The notes beneath the pieces are model-generated. The model made no database searches and was not told the origin of the DNA. It saw nothing but the letters and a program-made list of their open reading frames with translations. Source: Moniliella sp. 'wahieum' (taxonomy: Eukaryota). From it: a stretch of 64,000 nucleotides of DNA. A program made the translations under genes and the position numbers. The stretch spans positions 124,001 through 188,000 of the forward strand of contig RSEE01000026.1 in assembly GCA_003971905.1 (NCBI GenBank). Direction: 5' to 3'. Of the stretch, positions 11,171 through 23,248 are shown one piece after another (positions within the stretch are counted from its first letter, which is position 1; the number at the start of each line of letters is the position of its first letter).

Positions 11171-14100
11171 TTAGTAGACCTCGAGCACCCAGCGCTCATC
11201 TTCCTTGAGCTTCTCAAGATGTTCTTCGGCCTGGGCACGGGACAAGCCCTTGTGTTGTAGACTGCCAATGACAGCCTCAGTAATGTCGGGCACGGGCCAG
11301 GTCCTAAAACAGAAGAGAGGTTAGTAGGGAGCTCATGCAGTGAAGTGGGAGAGAGAGACGTACGGTCCACAGAGGTAGAAGTACCCCTTGTCCTTCTCCT
11401 CGGCTTGACCAAGGCGTCGGCCAGAGTGGCCACCTTGATCGTCCCGCCCGCAGCAGCAATCTCGGGGGCAAGGTAAGACGACATAATCTCGGCATCATGG
11501 GAAATCTTGTCTTGGATGTAGATCTTGTGCTTCTGGTCGCGCGAGAAGGCCAGCCCCAGGCGGGTGAGAATGCCGTCGGCTTGGAATGCCTCCAGCTCCT
11601 CGCCATACAGGTACTCTTTGCTGCGGTAGCGCGAACCAAAGTAGTACACCAGCGGACCAATTGGAAGACCCTGGGCCTTTGCACCGCACGAGCTTGGAGG
11701 AAGGCACGGAAAGGCGCTGCGCCAGTGCCCAAGCCGGCCATGATGATCGGCTGTTCGGACAGCGGAGGCAGTTTCATCACTGAGGGCGCACCGATACCGT
11801 CACCTTGTCGCCCGGACGGAGCTTGGAAAGGTAGCGTGTGCACTGGCCGTAACGCGGCGCCCCACTCGGCGTCTTCCAATCCACAGTAACAATCACAGGT
11901 GCACCGACTCTCCCACCGCAGCCTGGGCCGACGCAATGGAGTAGTGGCGCGGCTGAATGTCCTCAATGTGGGTAAGCAGATCGGTGACGGTAAAGTTGGC
12001 CAGCACCGAGGGGAACATCCGCAACACCTCAGCATACGTCACCGTCTCCACCTCGGCGTACTTCTTAAACGTGCTGTTGCCCTCGGCGAAGCGACAAAGC
12101 GGAGCCACTTGGCCTCGTTGGCGTTTGCCGCCTTGTCGGCCAAACGGCGTAAAAGTTCTTGCCAGGACGACCAAAGATATCTTTGCGTTGAAGCAGCAGC
12201 TGGAACACAGTAAGCGACTCTGCCTTGCCGCCCTCGGTCGGCACGCTGATGACCTCGTCAGGCTGGAAGCCCGTCCAGCGAATAAACTCGCGCACTTCGT
12301 CTTCGTCGTTCCAGCCGTGCACACCGAGAGCTTCTCCGACCTCGTACGTAAGATCCGTGCCCTTGGTCGACATCTCCAAGTGGAAGACATTGCGATCATA
12401 GTCCAGTGGGGTCAGACGACGATTCTCTGTCACTTCCACCTCCCAAAGCTTTTCGGGGGCCAGGTCGGCACGAAGAGAATCGGCTTGGAGATCATACGCC
12501 TCAGGGTACAGCTTTTGCCATGCGGCCGAGGCCCAAGAAGCAGTATGGGCCACAGGCTCAGCCACCGCCCCAGCGCGATCATCCAAACGGCAAAGCCAGT
12601 GTACTCCCAGTCCGGCAACACGGGCACCGACTTGCCCTCTTCCTCCTTGGCAGCGGCGAAAACGGCCGAGTCGTACGACACGGGCGCAAGAGCCTTGCCG
12701 ACAAAAGACACGAGCTCCTCCACCTTGATCCCGGAAACTTCGGCAAGAGTAGCTTGGGCCAGAGCAACCAGTGTGGCAGTGGCCTTGAGGTGCACCTGCA
12801 GCGCAGCAATAGCGAGGACCGCCGAGCCACTTCAGCGTCAAGCGAGACCTGCTTTGCCTTGGCATTGCCCGTTGTCAGAGACGCCTCGAGCTGAGAAACA
12901 ACCGATGCAGTATCGATGGCGACCAGCTTGAGGGACAAGGCGGCGATGGAGCGCTGTACGATCGGTGCCAACCGTTCCGAAAGAACCTCTGCAGCAGGAG
13001 CGTCCCAGCCCGATGTGTCGAGCACCACCGTACCCCCCAAGGCGGCGGAGGAAAGGATGTTCAGCGTCGAAGCAATTGATCCGCCTGGGCCAAGACCACT
13101 GTCTGGGCTTGACCATCCTGCGCCGCAGCAGCAACGGACAGGCTGCGCGGGCCAAGACAAGGTCCGAACGCACGATACCGCCGCCTGGGGGCCGTGGAAG
13201 TTGTCAAAGCGTTCGTCCGGCACGAGAGTGCCTTGGCCGCACCAACCCCGAGGCAGCTGCATCGGCAAAGATGCGGGCAATGATCTGACCAGCATAGGTC
13301 GTAGCACTCGATTCGGTGTCCAGGACGGTAAGCAGTTTTCCTGTCGCCGAAGCGGAGGCCGACGGAGCCTGATCGGCGCGCGCCACCACCTTGGACCACG
13401 ACGTGGGACCTGCAATGAGCAGCTCCAGCGCGGCCAGATCTGAGCCACTCCAGCGTCCGCAGGGGCGGCAAGGATGGAAACGTCGGTCGTGGTGTCAAAG
13501 AAAGCGGCTTCCACGTCCGCGGCAATCACGCCCTGGTCGATTTCCAAAACGGCAACACGCTTCGCACTGGCGGGCACGGCAGCTAGGAGGGCAGCCTCAT
13601 CCCAGGGGCGCACGATCCGCACAGCCAAAACAGCCGTCTTGGCCTTGGACTCGGCATTGAGACGGGAGTAGGCCAATTTGGCCGCGGCAGCGACGGAGGT
13701 GTTGGGGACAACGAGGACCACCTCCGGGTTTGCCGGGCCGACGTAGGAAAATGCGTCAAACTTGGCGGGCAAGCACATCGAGGACAGTTTCACCCTGGGC
13801 GCTCTCTACCTTGGTCGAGGGTGCAAGGCCGGGTCGATCTCACGGCCAGTAAGACGCCGTCGAAGATATGAGCCAGGCTGCCCTTTGTGGCTTTGTACGC
13901 AGCTGCCGCCACATCTGCCGCTTCATTCTGGTCCGAGGTGTAAATCACAGTCCACTGACCGTCCCCCCAGCCAATAGGGAGGCAGCCAGCAACGTAGAAG
14001 GGGCATTGTCGATAAGTTGCAGAGCTCCTTCGCCCGTGCCTGACACAGCGTGTCCAGCGCTCGACACCTGAGCCACAATCCGCCCGGAAGACTGGGCAAA

Positions 14101-14822
14101 GGCCAGGCAGGGGCCATAGCGACCAAGCCCTGAGCGTTGGTCAAGATGGATGCGGTGAGACCATCGCTGGTTAAAGAGCCGAAGTAGAGGCACCCGAGAG
14201 GTAACCCAAGACCGCGGTAGCCGCCCCTGCACGTGGTCTGGAGGGAGTAAACCTTGGTGGTCTTGGCGATTCAATACCCTTCTCATGAGCGGCCTCGACC
14301 CAACGACCAAAGGAGGTAGCATCCGAGTCGTACACAAACACACGTCGAACCGTAGTAGGATTGGCGTTCGATCAGGCCAACTCCCGTGCTGCCATTAAGG
14401 GGCCGCGATGCCCAGAGAGGAGCATGGTGCGAAGGCTCCGCCGCGCATCGCTTGTTCGGCGAGGAGGGAGGCGTGGGTTGCGTGTGCTTCGCGGGTGCCT
14501 CGGGGGGGGTGCGGCTGCTCAACGCCCGTGGCGCCCACGACGGTAGCGTTGTCAAGGTCGGTTGATCCAAGCGACTGGGCACTGGGGGCCGGGGTAGTGA
14601 GCTTGGGGACAGCATCCTCTGTTTTGGCAACACCGGGATGGCGCGGAGGTCCAGAGAGCGGGGGGTAGCGCGCTCGACAAACTCGACCGGCCCGAGGGAG
14701 GGAACGGGCTCATGCTTGGCAGCGACCTTCTGAGCCAGGATGACCGAGCCAACGCCGGCAGCCAAACCACCCGCGAAGATGGCGGCCGTCTGGGCGAAGG
14801 AGGCGGAGCGCTCGGACGTCAT
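11171..14822 (-). CDS. MET10: Sulfite reductase (NADPH) flavoprotein alpha subunit
   Basis: VTENRRLTPLDYDRNVFHLE, TYEVGEALGVHGWND, IQPRHYSIASAQ, IIMAGLGTGAAPFRAF, YYFGSRYRSKEYLYGEELEAF, AFSRDQKHKIYIQDKI and C-terminal LKEDERWVLEVY*. PFOR-like middle region. Heavily frameshifted. Confidence 0.95.
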
Positions 14823-15330
14823 GGCGAAGCCTTGGAGAGGTCGAGTGGGGGGAGGGGAGGGAGAGGGGGGAGTGGAGGTGGGGGGGGGGGGGGACGGGAG
14901 GAGGAGTTAGAAGAAAAAAGAAAGCTAAGTCCGCGATTTGCTTTGACGAGCTTTAATTAATAGTTTAAGCACGCCATCTATGGCTTCCCGCCGGTAACTC
15001 ACTTGTGCTCACTGGAATCCGTCTTTCAAACTTGCAATGTTGCACGGCGCAGCCTGTTTCCAGCTCCAACCGCCCACGCCGAATAAAACTTTCAAGCGTA
15101 GCGCGCATATCCATCGCATCCACATCTCCGAGTGATTGCTTGCCAGCCCAGGCACACGGCGAACGCCGACCCCATCGTGATAAGCCAACGTGCCAACCCT
15201 CCAAGTAGGAAATGACTATCATCCCTCGTTCTCTGCTATCTGGATTGCGCTCCCCTCTGTTGTGCATGTTCCTGTCCCGCTCTACTACATACAAGACTGT
15301 AGTTGCATAGAACCTTTCAAGGTTGACAGC

Positions 15331-16316
15331 CTATTCTCCGTATGCATTGCATGTTCCTCTTCTCGCTTCGTAATTGTGGCCTAGGCGTTTCATGCTGTCC
15401 CCCAGGGGCCTGCTGAACACGAAGCCCATGTGGCCCTTGTACAGCTCGCCGTATGGCTTGGGTGAGGTCCAGCCATCCAACACATCGCCCTCCAGATCAT
15501 ATCTTCCACGCCCAAGGGGCGACAGACTTCGAGACTCGCGTCTTCGCCCGGCTTGGTCCCTTCACCCCACATGGGCTTACTCAAGTCTCCACCTGGGCAG
15601 GCAGAGAGGGCACAGAGCAAATCCTGTTCGGCAAAGAACTCAAGGTAGTCTCCCTTCTTCGCCGGGCACGTCTTCATAAAGTACTTGTCTTCGGCATTGA
15701 GCCAGTAGCTTGGTGTACGTTCAAAACATCGTGCACGTCTTCTTCCCTCAGTCCGAATGGGATAATGGCGCGGGTCAGGTTTGAATGACAGTGGAAATCA
15801 AGTCTTCCCCCGTCAGCATGCGATTCACATAGGGATCGCATCGCGTGCCCAAAAGATCGTGAACCCTTCCCCCTCTCCATCGACACCGTACCAAGAAAGC
15901 GTGTCGGCGGTAATGGTACAAAGCGGACGAAGGTAAGGGAGAGTAGACCAGAGCCGGTCATACACGGAAACGTGCTGCCAAAATTCAAGGGGGTAAGTAC
16001 AATCCCCACCACGCGTTGACATCGCACGCACCGAACGCTGCAGTTGCCTCGTTCTCGCCGCCCAAAGACGTTCACGGGGGTTGTCGGCATTCCAGATGTT
16101 CAGGTCGCCCACCTGAGGGCCCTCCATCGCTACAATCCGACACACTTGCCCGGCCTTCACCTTCCAAGCGCGGCCACTGCGAATGGGCACGACCAGCTCG
16201 GAGGCTTTGGTGCGCTGGCTGGCTGCAATCTTATCGTAAAATGGCTTGTTGACATCAAGCGGCGTCCCCGGCAGGGCTTGGTACGCGGCCTCCGTCAGTC
16301 TGGATGAAGAAGCCAT
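15331..16316 (-). CDS. DUF1989 (urea carboxylase-associated family) protein
   Basis: VPIRSGRAWKVKAGQVCRI..EGPQVGDLNIWN, HVSVYDRLWS, GTRCDPY, FHCHSNL, DVHDVLN and GDYLEFFAEQDLLCALSACPGGDLS. Intron about 15978-16033. Stop is at 15331 or 15390 depending on frameshift. Confidence 0.9.
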
Positions 16317-16974
16317 GATGTTGATGTTGGTGGTGGTGGCAAGGACGGAGGAAAGAAAAGGTACAGACCGGTTTCTTAGCTCGACAAGCACGACATCTGC
16401 GCGGTTATCTGAAGAGTGCTCCCCACTTGCGCTGATCATATTACGGTCCCTGACCGTGTCCGACCATCGGCTGTTTTCTTCGGGTGATGTGTTCGTGGTC
16501 ACTACGTTGTTCAGGCAGTACCACAGTGTTCCCCCTGCGCCTCGTTAAACATTCGTCACATTTTTGTCACATCTGTCCATCACACTGTTTCACCGTGGCT
16601 ATTGTGAGTGGCACTGCTCTCTATATAGTTAAGAGGTTTGCTTTCGGCGTAGCCTGCGCCGCGCGCCCTATCCGTGGCGCCTCCACCTTGTTCCAATTGT
16701 AAGCCGCTCGCGTAGTAGGCGCTGCTGGCGCATTCCTCTGTTCTTCCCTAAGGCCTAAGGCGTAACACCGCCAACTCTTCGCTCAACGTGCGCTCAACTC
16801 GCTACCTCAGGCGATAGGCGTGGGTGAAAAAGGAGAGGAAACGTGACGTATGACTAGTGACTAGTGACTAGTGACTGGAGGGGGAGATAAGAGAGATATG
16901 AGAGAAGACCTGGTGTGTGGGGAAAGAGTTTCTCTAACCTCTGTTTCCCATAGCTGCAGAAGACCTGATAATAA

Positions 16975-17375
16975 AAAGTTGGTGCATTGCATTGTAAGAC
17001 CGGAGGAACCCAAGGGGTTAGGTGATGAACCTCTGGAAACGTAAAGCAATGCAATCGCGGTGATGGTCTCGTTAGGTCGAAGCCTTATGCCACACCCAGA
17101 GGAGACAATGGTTCAAACAAGCCTGAGTATACACGTGGAGGCTTCGGAGGTCAACTAAGGGGCAAAGGGTGATAAGACGCCTTAGCCTATGTACGGGACC
17201 GCGGGTCTCAACATGCATTATTAGCACATGAGCTACGGCATCGCGCTAGAGAATATTGCTGCCCTCCAAGAAAGGAATGTATTTGAAGGAGTGCGCCAGG
17301 AAAGGGGACTTGGGCTTGGGCTACTAACCGGTGCCACTATACCATAGTCTGGCACCACAGTAGCTGATGGTCCTC
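16975..17375. repeat. Dispersed repeat family R1, copy B, interrupted by a solo LTR
   Basis: GGTGCATTGCAT[insert]TATTAGCACATGAGCTAC..GAGAATATTGCTGCCCTCCAAGAAAGG aligns by eye with copies A and C. Confidence 0.75.
16993..17213. mobile_element. Solo LTR (221 bp) with 5-bp TSD
   Basis: TGTAAGAC...GTCTCAACA termini. TGCAT direct repeats at 16988-16992 and 17214-17218. The empty site is visible in R1 copy A. Confidence 0.85.
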
Positions 17376-19588
17376 GAGGGGGATGCGGTGGAATAATGGT
17401 GGCGGTTGCATGGTTATTAACGGTCAAGGCCAACCAACGACACCTACACAGGGACTTGCATCAAGCACAGCCACAGTTTCCACTGTATTATTTGTGGTTG
17501 CGGAACAAAGAAAGCAGACGCGAAAACCATCGGAGTTCCTAACGCCGAAAGGGACTGAGTACTGAAGGGACCTCTTAAGGCCCAAACCACGAGCCACCAT
17601 GTGGCTCAACAGATTCAAGCAGGGGAAAAAAGGCTATGGCTCCTATCATTGATACCGTTTGCAGAAAGAGTAGAGCTAAAAAAGCACAAAACAACGTGCT
17701 GCGCTATCATCGAATGAGGCTGAGGCGCTAAGGAGAGACCGCTCTCCATGGCGGGCGCATCGGAACACGTTCTTCATCTGCTGTTGGGAGCGCGTGGTCG
17801 AATACTGTGTTGTAACCGCGGTGCAACCCGCCAAAATCGCATCTGTACGAATGCATCATCAACCATGCATCAGCATCATGCGTCATTAGCATTGGAGACC
17901 AAAAGGAGGAAAGGAGGTTGGGCAGCTGTTATGCACGGTGTACTGTTGCTACTATTAGAGGTACTTGAAGCTTGGGAGAGGGTCTCGCTGTGGTGTGTGG
18001 GGATCGATGAGATCGTGAGAACGCCCAAACTCAACGGAGTTTGATTCCTTGGGGCCATTCCAAACTCTGCCCCAACTGAAATCGTCTCTGTTGAGCATGA
18101 AGGTGGCGGGCTGGCTGAGACCCTGCCTGTTGCCCAACTCAAGCGCTATTGGGGCCCCGCAAAGAGCTTGACACACTTAACCGCAGAGGACCAGTGTATC
18201 TGTGACCAAAGTTACCGCCGCACAAAGGCCCGCATAGGCAGGCGGGCAGTGAGCGAATACTGAAACATCGGAACCCTCGGGTGGCGGACGCGGCCAAACA
18301 TGCACGAGCCATCATGCATCATGCATCACTTGCCACCATTGTTGCTTTCTGTTGGCCGTTGGGGTATACGTCCTGGGACGTCCCAAGCCTGATTAGCAAT
18401 TGGGTACCAATGCATGCGATTATTTTTATCCCCAACCCGCCTTTGTCCTCTTCCTGGCTCTTCCTCCCACCACTACCACTACCACTACCCACTACCCACA
18501 GCGATGCAGCCTGTACCTGCTGCCCACCCGCCCCTCCCAAATGACAGCGCACCTCCAGCGCCCAATACGCCACGCACCTGGTTCGCGGATGCATTCCTTG
18601 GTGCCGTCGAGGCCTGGTCCGACTTCAGCCTGTCGGACCCCGAATCGCCAACAGACGAGTTGATGCCCTCCAGTGTAGGAGACACTCTGTCCGGTCGTTC
18701 TACGGTTGGCTACTTTCTCCTGAAGTCGAACTCGACTTGAATTCCTGTACCATTTTCATCGCTCGCACACGCTTTCACGTATTTCTTTCATTCTCATTGG
18801 TGGTACCATTTACGCGGGGTTCAACCGGTCAAGGTGGAGGCTGAATATTCGGAATGCTGCGGATGGCAGCTCCGTCAACTGTCCCATGGTCCTGCGAAGG
18901 CCTTGTGTCCCACAAGCATTTTACGCATTGCATCACGTCAATACCGTTCCTGGTCCAGCCTATGGTCTCTCTGGTGTATACATGTCAAGCGAGGATCTCA
19001 GCCAGCATTAGCTTCTTTTCGCCCTACCATGTCGAATGCTCCATGTCTTCTCCGATAAATCAATCGTCCCATCGCTCGCTCCGTCAGTATACTCTGTTCG
19101 TATGTGAATAAGAGATGAGCACAGGGCTACCCGCAGTGTTCCCTGGCACTCAGCGGGCACCAGGTTTCCTGGAGGGACTCGCCAAAGCGATGGCTGTTGG
19201 GTGGAGGTTTTTGTAGACAGGCTGGGACGCAGGACGATCGTCTCCATCAGTTTCAATCGTCCTCCCACGTGGCGCGTGATGGCTGTCCATGCACCACGAG
19301 GCACCCAGGGATGATGACCATCGCTGGGGCGGGTGTTACGTAAGGGCGTTTGGGTGAGGCGCTGGGACAGGCTTTTGCCTGGGGCGCTGGCGCTGCGCGC
19401 TGAGGTAAGAAGACCCGGCACAGACACTGGCGCCGTGCGCGCGCAGCCCGGGCGGGCCGAGGCGGGGGCGCTGGGATCGGACGCGTTGCACGCGTCCTGT
19501 GCGCGTCTGCTCCGATGCGCACAGAGCCACCCACCTGCGTTGGTCTTCCCATCGTCTCATCACCGCCACCACCACCACCACCACCGCC

Positions 19589-22479
19589 ATGGACGCTGCC
19601 TCGCCCATCTGCCCCAGCCCTCTGCCGGAAGCGCACCCACGCCATCCCCGGTGCCAGCCAACCCCACCCCGCACATGCCGCATCCGTCCTCCCCGGCGTC
19701 TCGGTATCGCCCGCATCTGCTGGTGCTGTTGCTGGCGCTGCTCCTTCGGCCTCTACGCCTGCTTCCACTTCTACTTCTGCCGCAGCCGCAGCCGCCCCTC
19801 TCGCTCCCCACCTGCCCTTATCGCAGCCCCATGCCGGCAATGCCGGTAGTCCTCCTTTGCCCAATCCCGCTCCCGCCACCTCCATGCCCCCACCTGGTGC
19901 TGGCAGTGGTACGGCGGGCGTTCCCGCAGGTGCTCGCCCCGGTGCCCCCGCAGGTGCACCCGCTGACGCGCCTCCTCCTGCTCGCATCTATCTTGCGACT
20001 TACTCGGTGTGCCGGTATACGAGCTCACGGTCCGCGGCATTGCGTGCATGCGGCGGAGAGCCGATGGTACCTTAACGCAACTCAGATCCTCAAGGTCGCT
20101 GGGGTGGAGACGCGGCGGACGAAAGTGTTGGACAAGGTCATTCTCACCGGCGAGCATGAGAAGGTGCAGGGCGGTTATGGCAAGTACCAAGGGACATGGA
20201 TCCCGCTCCATCGCGGGATACAGTTGGCAACCCAGTTCAATGTAGCCCACCTTCTCAAGATGCTCCTGGAGTTTGACCCTGCTGGTGAGAGTGCCCTCAC
20301 TGTCGCGCCCAAGGTAAGCGACCCAATCCGAATGCGCCGTCGCAGAGTGTCAACCGCCTCCCTCCCAAGCCGCCTCGTCCTCCCCTAACAATGGATCGGC
20401 AGCCGTCATGGCTGCCGCCGCAGCCGCCCTGCGGCGGTGCCCCAGAGCTTTTTCAGTCTCCCTCACCAACAGGCGGGCTACCGCACCTCCCCCGTCCTTT
20501 GCTCCGCCGCCCGATGCCAGTTCTGTTTCCACCGGACCGAGCCAGATTCCACGCTTCCTCACCCTTTGCCCCCCTTCGGACGAACCAGCAAACAAGCGAC
20601 AAAAATTTGCACCTCCGGGTTCAGGCTATCATCTGGTCCCCCTGCGGGCCCTCGTTCAGGCAGCGGAGAGGGTGAGCATTCAAATGTCTTGACGGGACTC
20701 GAACCCGTGCGGGATCTCAACACGCTTGGGCCTGATGGGGGCTTGCTTCGTGCTGCCGCCTTGACACCAGAGGATAGCAAGGGGGCAGATGCACTACGCA
20801 TGGGAAAGAGCGCACGGGTGATCATCGGCCCACCCGAAGCTTGGCGCATGACCCCACCGCCCGCTTTGCCGATCGTCCCCAGGCGTTCATCTCAACGGGC
20901 GCAGACGAGGCGCAGGCGAGCACTGAAGGATGTCTTGACCAACGTCTTCCTCGCCACCAATGGCGAAACCGACTCAAACAGCCAATTGGGTACGCCTACC
21001 ACCCAATTCCAAGCCCTCTTGGCTCGTATGTCGGCGGCTCTGGCTCAGGCTTCGGGGCCCTCCGTGTCAGTGCCTGCAGTGAGCGCCAACATTATGATTG
21101 ACGACCACGGTCATGCCCCCCTCCATTGGGCGGCTGCACTGGGCCAAGTGGGATTGGTCAAGATGCTGGTCGCTTTACCCTCCAGTCAGGGGGGGGCGAA
21201 CGTGCAAGCAGGCAATTTTGCTGGAGAGACAGCGCTACACCGTGCTGTGCTGGTAACGAACGGATTTGAGGCGAACGTCTTTCCCGAGATTTTGAACTTG
21301 CTGGGGCCTCCATTGCCACACGTGACTACAAACGTCGCTCCATCCTTCATCACATTGCCATGGTGGCTGCCTTGCGTGGGCGGGCCTCTTCGGCTCGATA
21401 CTATCTCGCCTCGGTACTTGACGTCCTGTTCCCCAACGCCCTGGTACGACGGCCACGGACACCAAATCCCCACCCATCATCCCCCCGGCCAAAGCACAGG
21501 AACTGCTGGACGCCCAAGACGACGATGGTGAAACGGCATTGGGAATCGTTTCTCGGATTGGGAACGCAAGTATGATTCGGATGTTGCTCGAGTGTGGGGC
21601 TCGCAAGGATATTCCCAACCACCTTGGTATTCGTCCATCCGACTGGGGGGTGGAGCTGGCTCAGATGGTGCCAACGAAGTTATCAACTCGGAAAGTGCAG
21701 GCGCTCTTCCTCCCATGCCCCTGGTGAAGAGCCAAGATGTGATGAAAGGTATGTCCTCCGTCTCTCCTTGTCCCGATGGAAGCTAACTACGGTCTGAATC
21801 AGACATCCATGCGATGTTGGAGGAACTCAAGGCACTCCATGCCGAGGAGATGAACAACAAACACAAGACGTTAGCAGAAGCCCAGGCAGCGCTGCAGGCC
21901 TCGACTCGCGATCTTGCTGCCCAACGGCGAAAACTTGCCGAAGCCCGCAAGCCGACGGGGAGATTGACCAAGCCAAGCATACTGTGGCTCACGTGGACCG
22001 GGTTGTGGCTTCCCTTGCCTCCTTTGACACGGATCCTCCTCTTGCTCCTGAAGACCAGGAAGAGTTGAATGTGCTCGACGCAGAACGAACGAAAGCAGAT
22101 CAAACTTGGGACCTGTTTCTCCGCCCCTACCTCTCTCCCACCTCTATGGAAGGCGAGGGGAGGAGGAGCTGGTACGATTGCGCTGGCTCGCTTCGGCGCT
22201 GGAGCAACAAGCCTCCAGCTGGACCACACGCGCTCAAGCCATCTCGACCAGGCCGCGGCGCATGCGGCGCAATGTCGCCGTGCGGTGGCCCTGTGCTGCA
22301 ACGTGGACGAAGCGCGAATCGAGGACATTCTCGAGGATCTAATTGTGGCGGTCGAATCCGATGGTCCGTCGGTGGATCTGGTTAGGGTGGCGGGCTTTAT
22401 GAATGTGGCCAAGCCCTTCCCCGATTCGGAACCACCCAACCCCATCCCCAGCCAGCCCACCTCGCCTGTCGAACCGTGA
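19589..22479 (+). CDS. APSES/KilA-N + ankyrin cell-cycle transcription factor (Mbp1/Swi4/Res1/Res2 family)
   Basis: IYLATYS..PVYE, YLNATQILKVAG, HEKVQGGYGKYQGTWIP, ankyrin IDDHGHAPLHWAAALG and AGETALHRAVLVTN, and C-terminal LIVAVESDG..VDLVRVAGFM. Confidence 0.95.
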
Positions 22480-23248
22480 ATCTAAATCAGCCTTATTGTA
22501 CATCTTTTTTCCCCTCGGAGCTTGAACGAGGAGTTCCCTCTCCTTATCACTCCTCTGTTCGATGCCATCTATTCTCATCTGTATCTCCCGTATGTTGGTG
22601 ACAAGGAGATGGGTGTAAACGTAACCGTAAGCTGTATGAGAGCTACAGGGATGTAGAGAGGTGTTGGAGACAACTAATGCGGGGTCAAACCAAGGCATTG
22701 GGCAACAGTAGTTTGAGTCTTCTGTCCGCTCTGAGCCACTTGTCCGCAGCACTATGCCTAATTCGAGCTGTCCGCTTTCCGTATGGGAAGGGCCGGGCCA
22801 ACATCATTTCAGGCAGCTAGCTATATAGGCGCACAATCAGGATGTGGTCTTACATCGTCCATGGGCATGACCATCATGACCAGAGTCTGACATGAACAGC
22901 AGTGCACTCACAGTATAGGATACACTCACATAAACAAGATCACTCTGATAACTCGAGGGGTAGATGCACAAGGGACCGGGTTGATTTTTGTGTGACAGAG
23001 GTACACGCGTGCTTGACTTAGGTGCTTTAACTGTGCTTTAACTGTTAGGTAGAGAGTTGAGAATTGAGGGTCGCCGAAGATGACGCACTGACGCGGTGAT
23101 GACAGATGAGCCAAAGGAAACGCACGAAAGCTTGACGTGTTGTATTATCGAGGCTCACGATGACGATAAAGGCGGGGTGGGGTGGGTGGGGGGAGAGATA
23201 ACAGGGAGAGGGGTGAGAGTGATGTGCACGGTGTGCTACAATCGCGAT

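Noticed and set aside
11957..12931. Long antisense ORFs (also 33721-34413, 51691-52506, 60883-61443)
   Set aside because: They are shadows of GC-rich coding sequence on the opposite strand and carry no motifs of their own.
11171..14822. MET10 and other genes as pseudogenes or programmed-frameshift genes
   Set aside because: Indels affect all genes alike, including ribosomal proteins. Assembly error is far more parsimonious.
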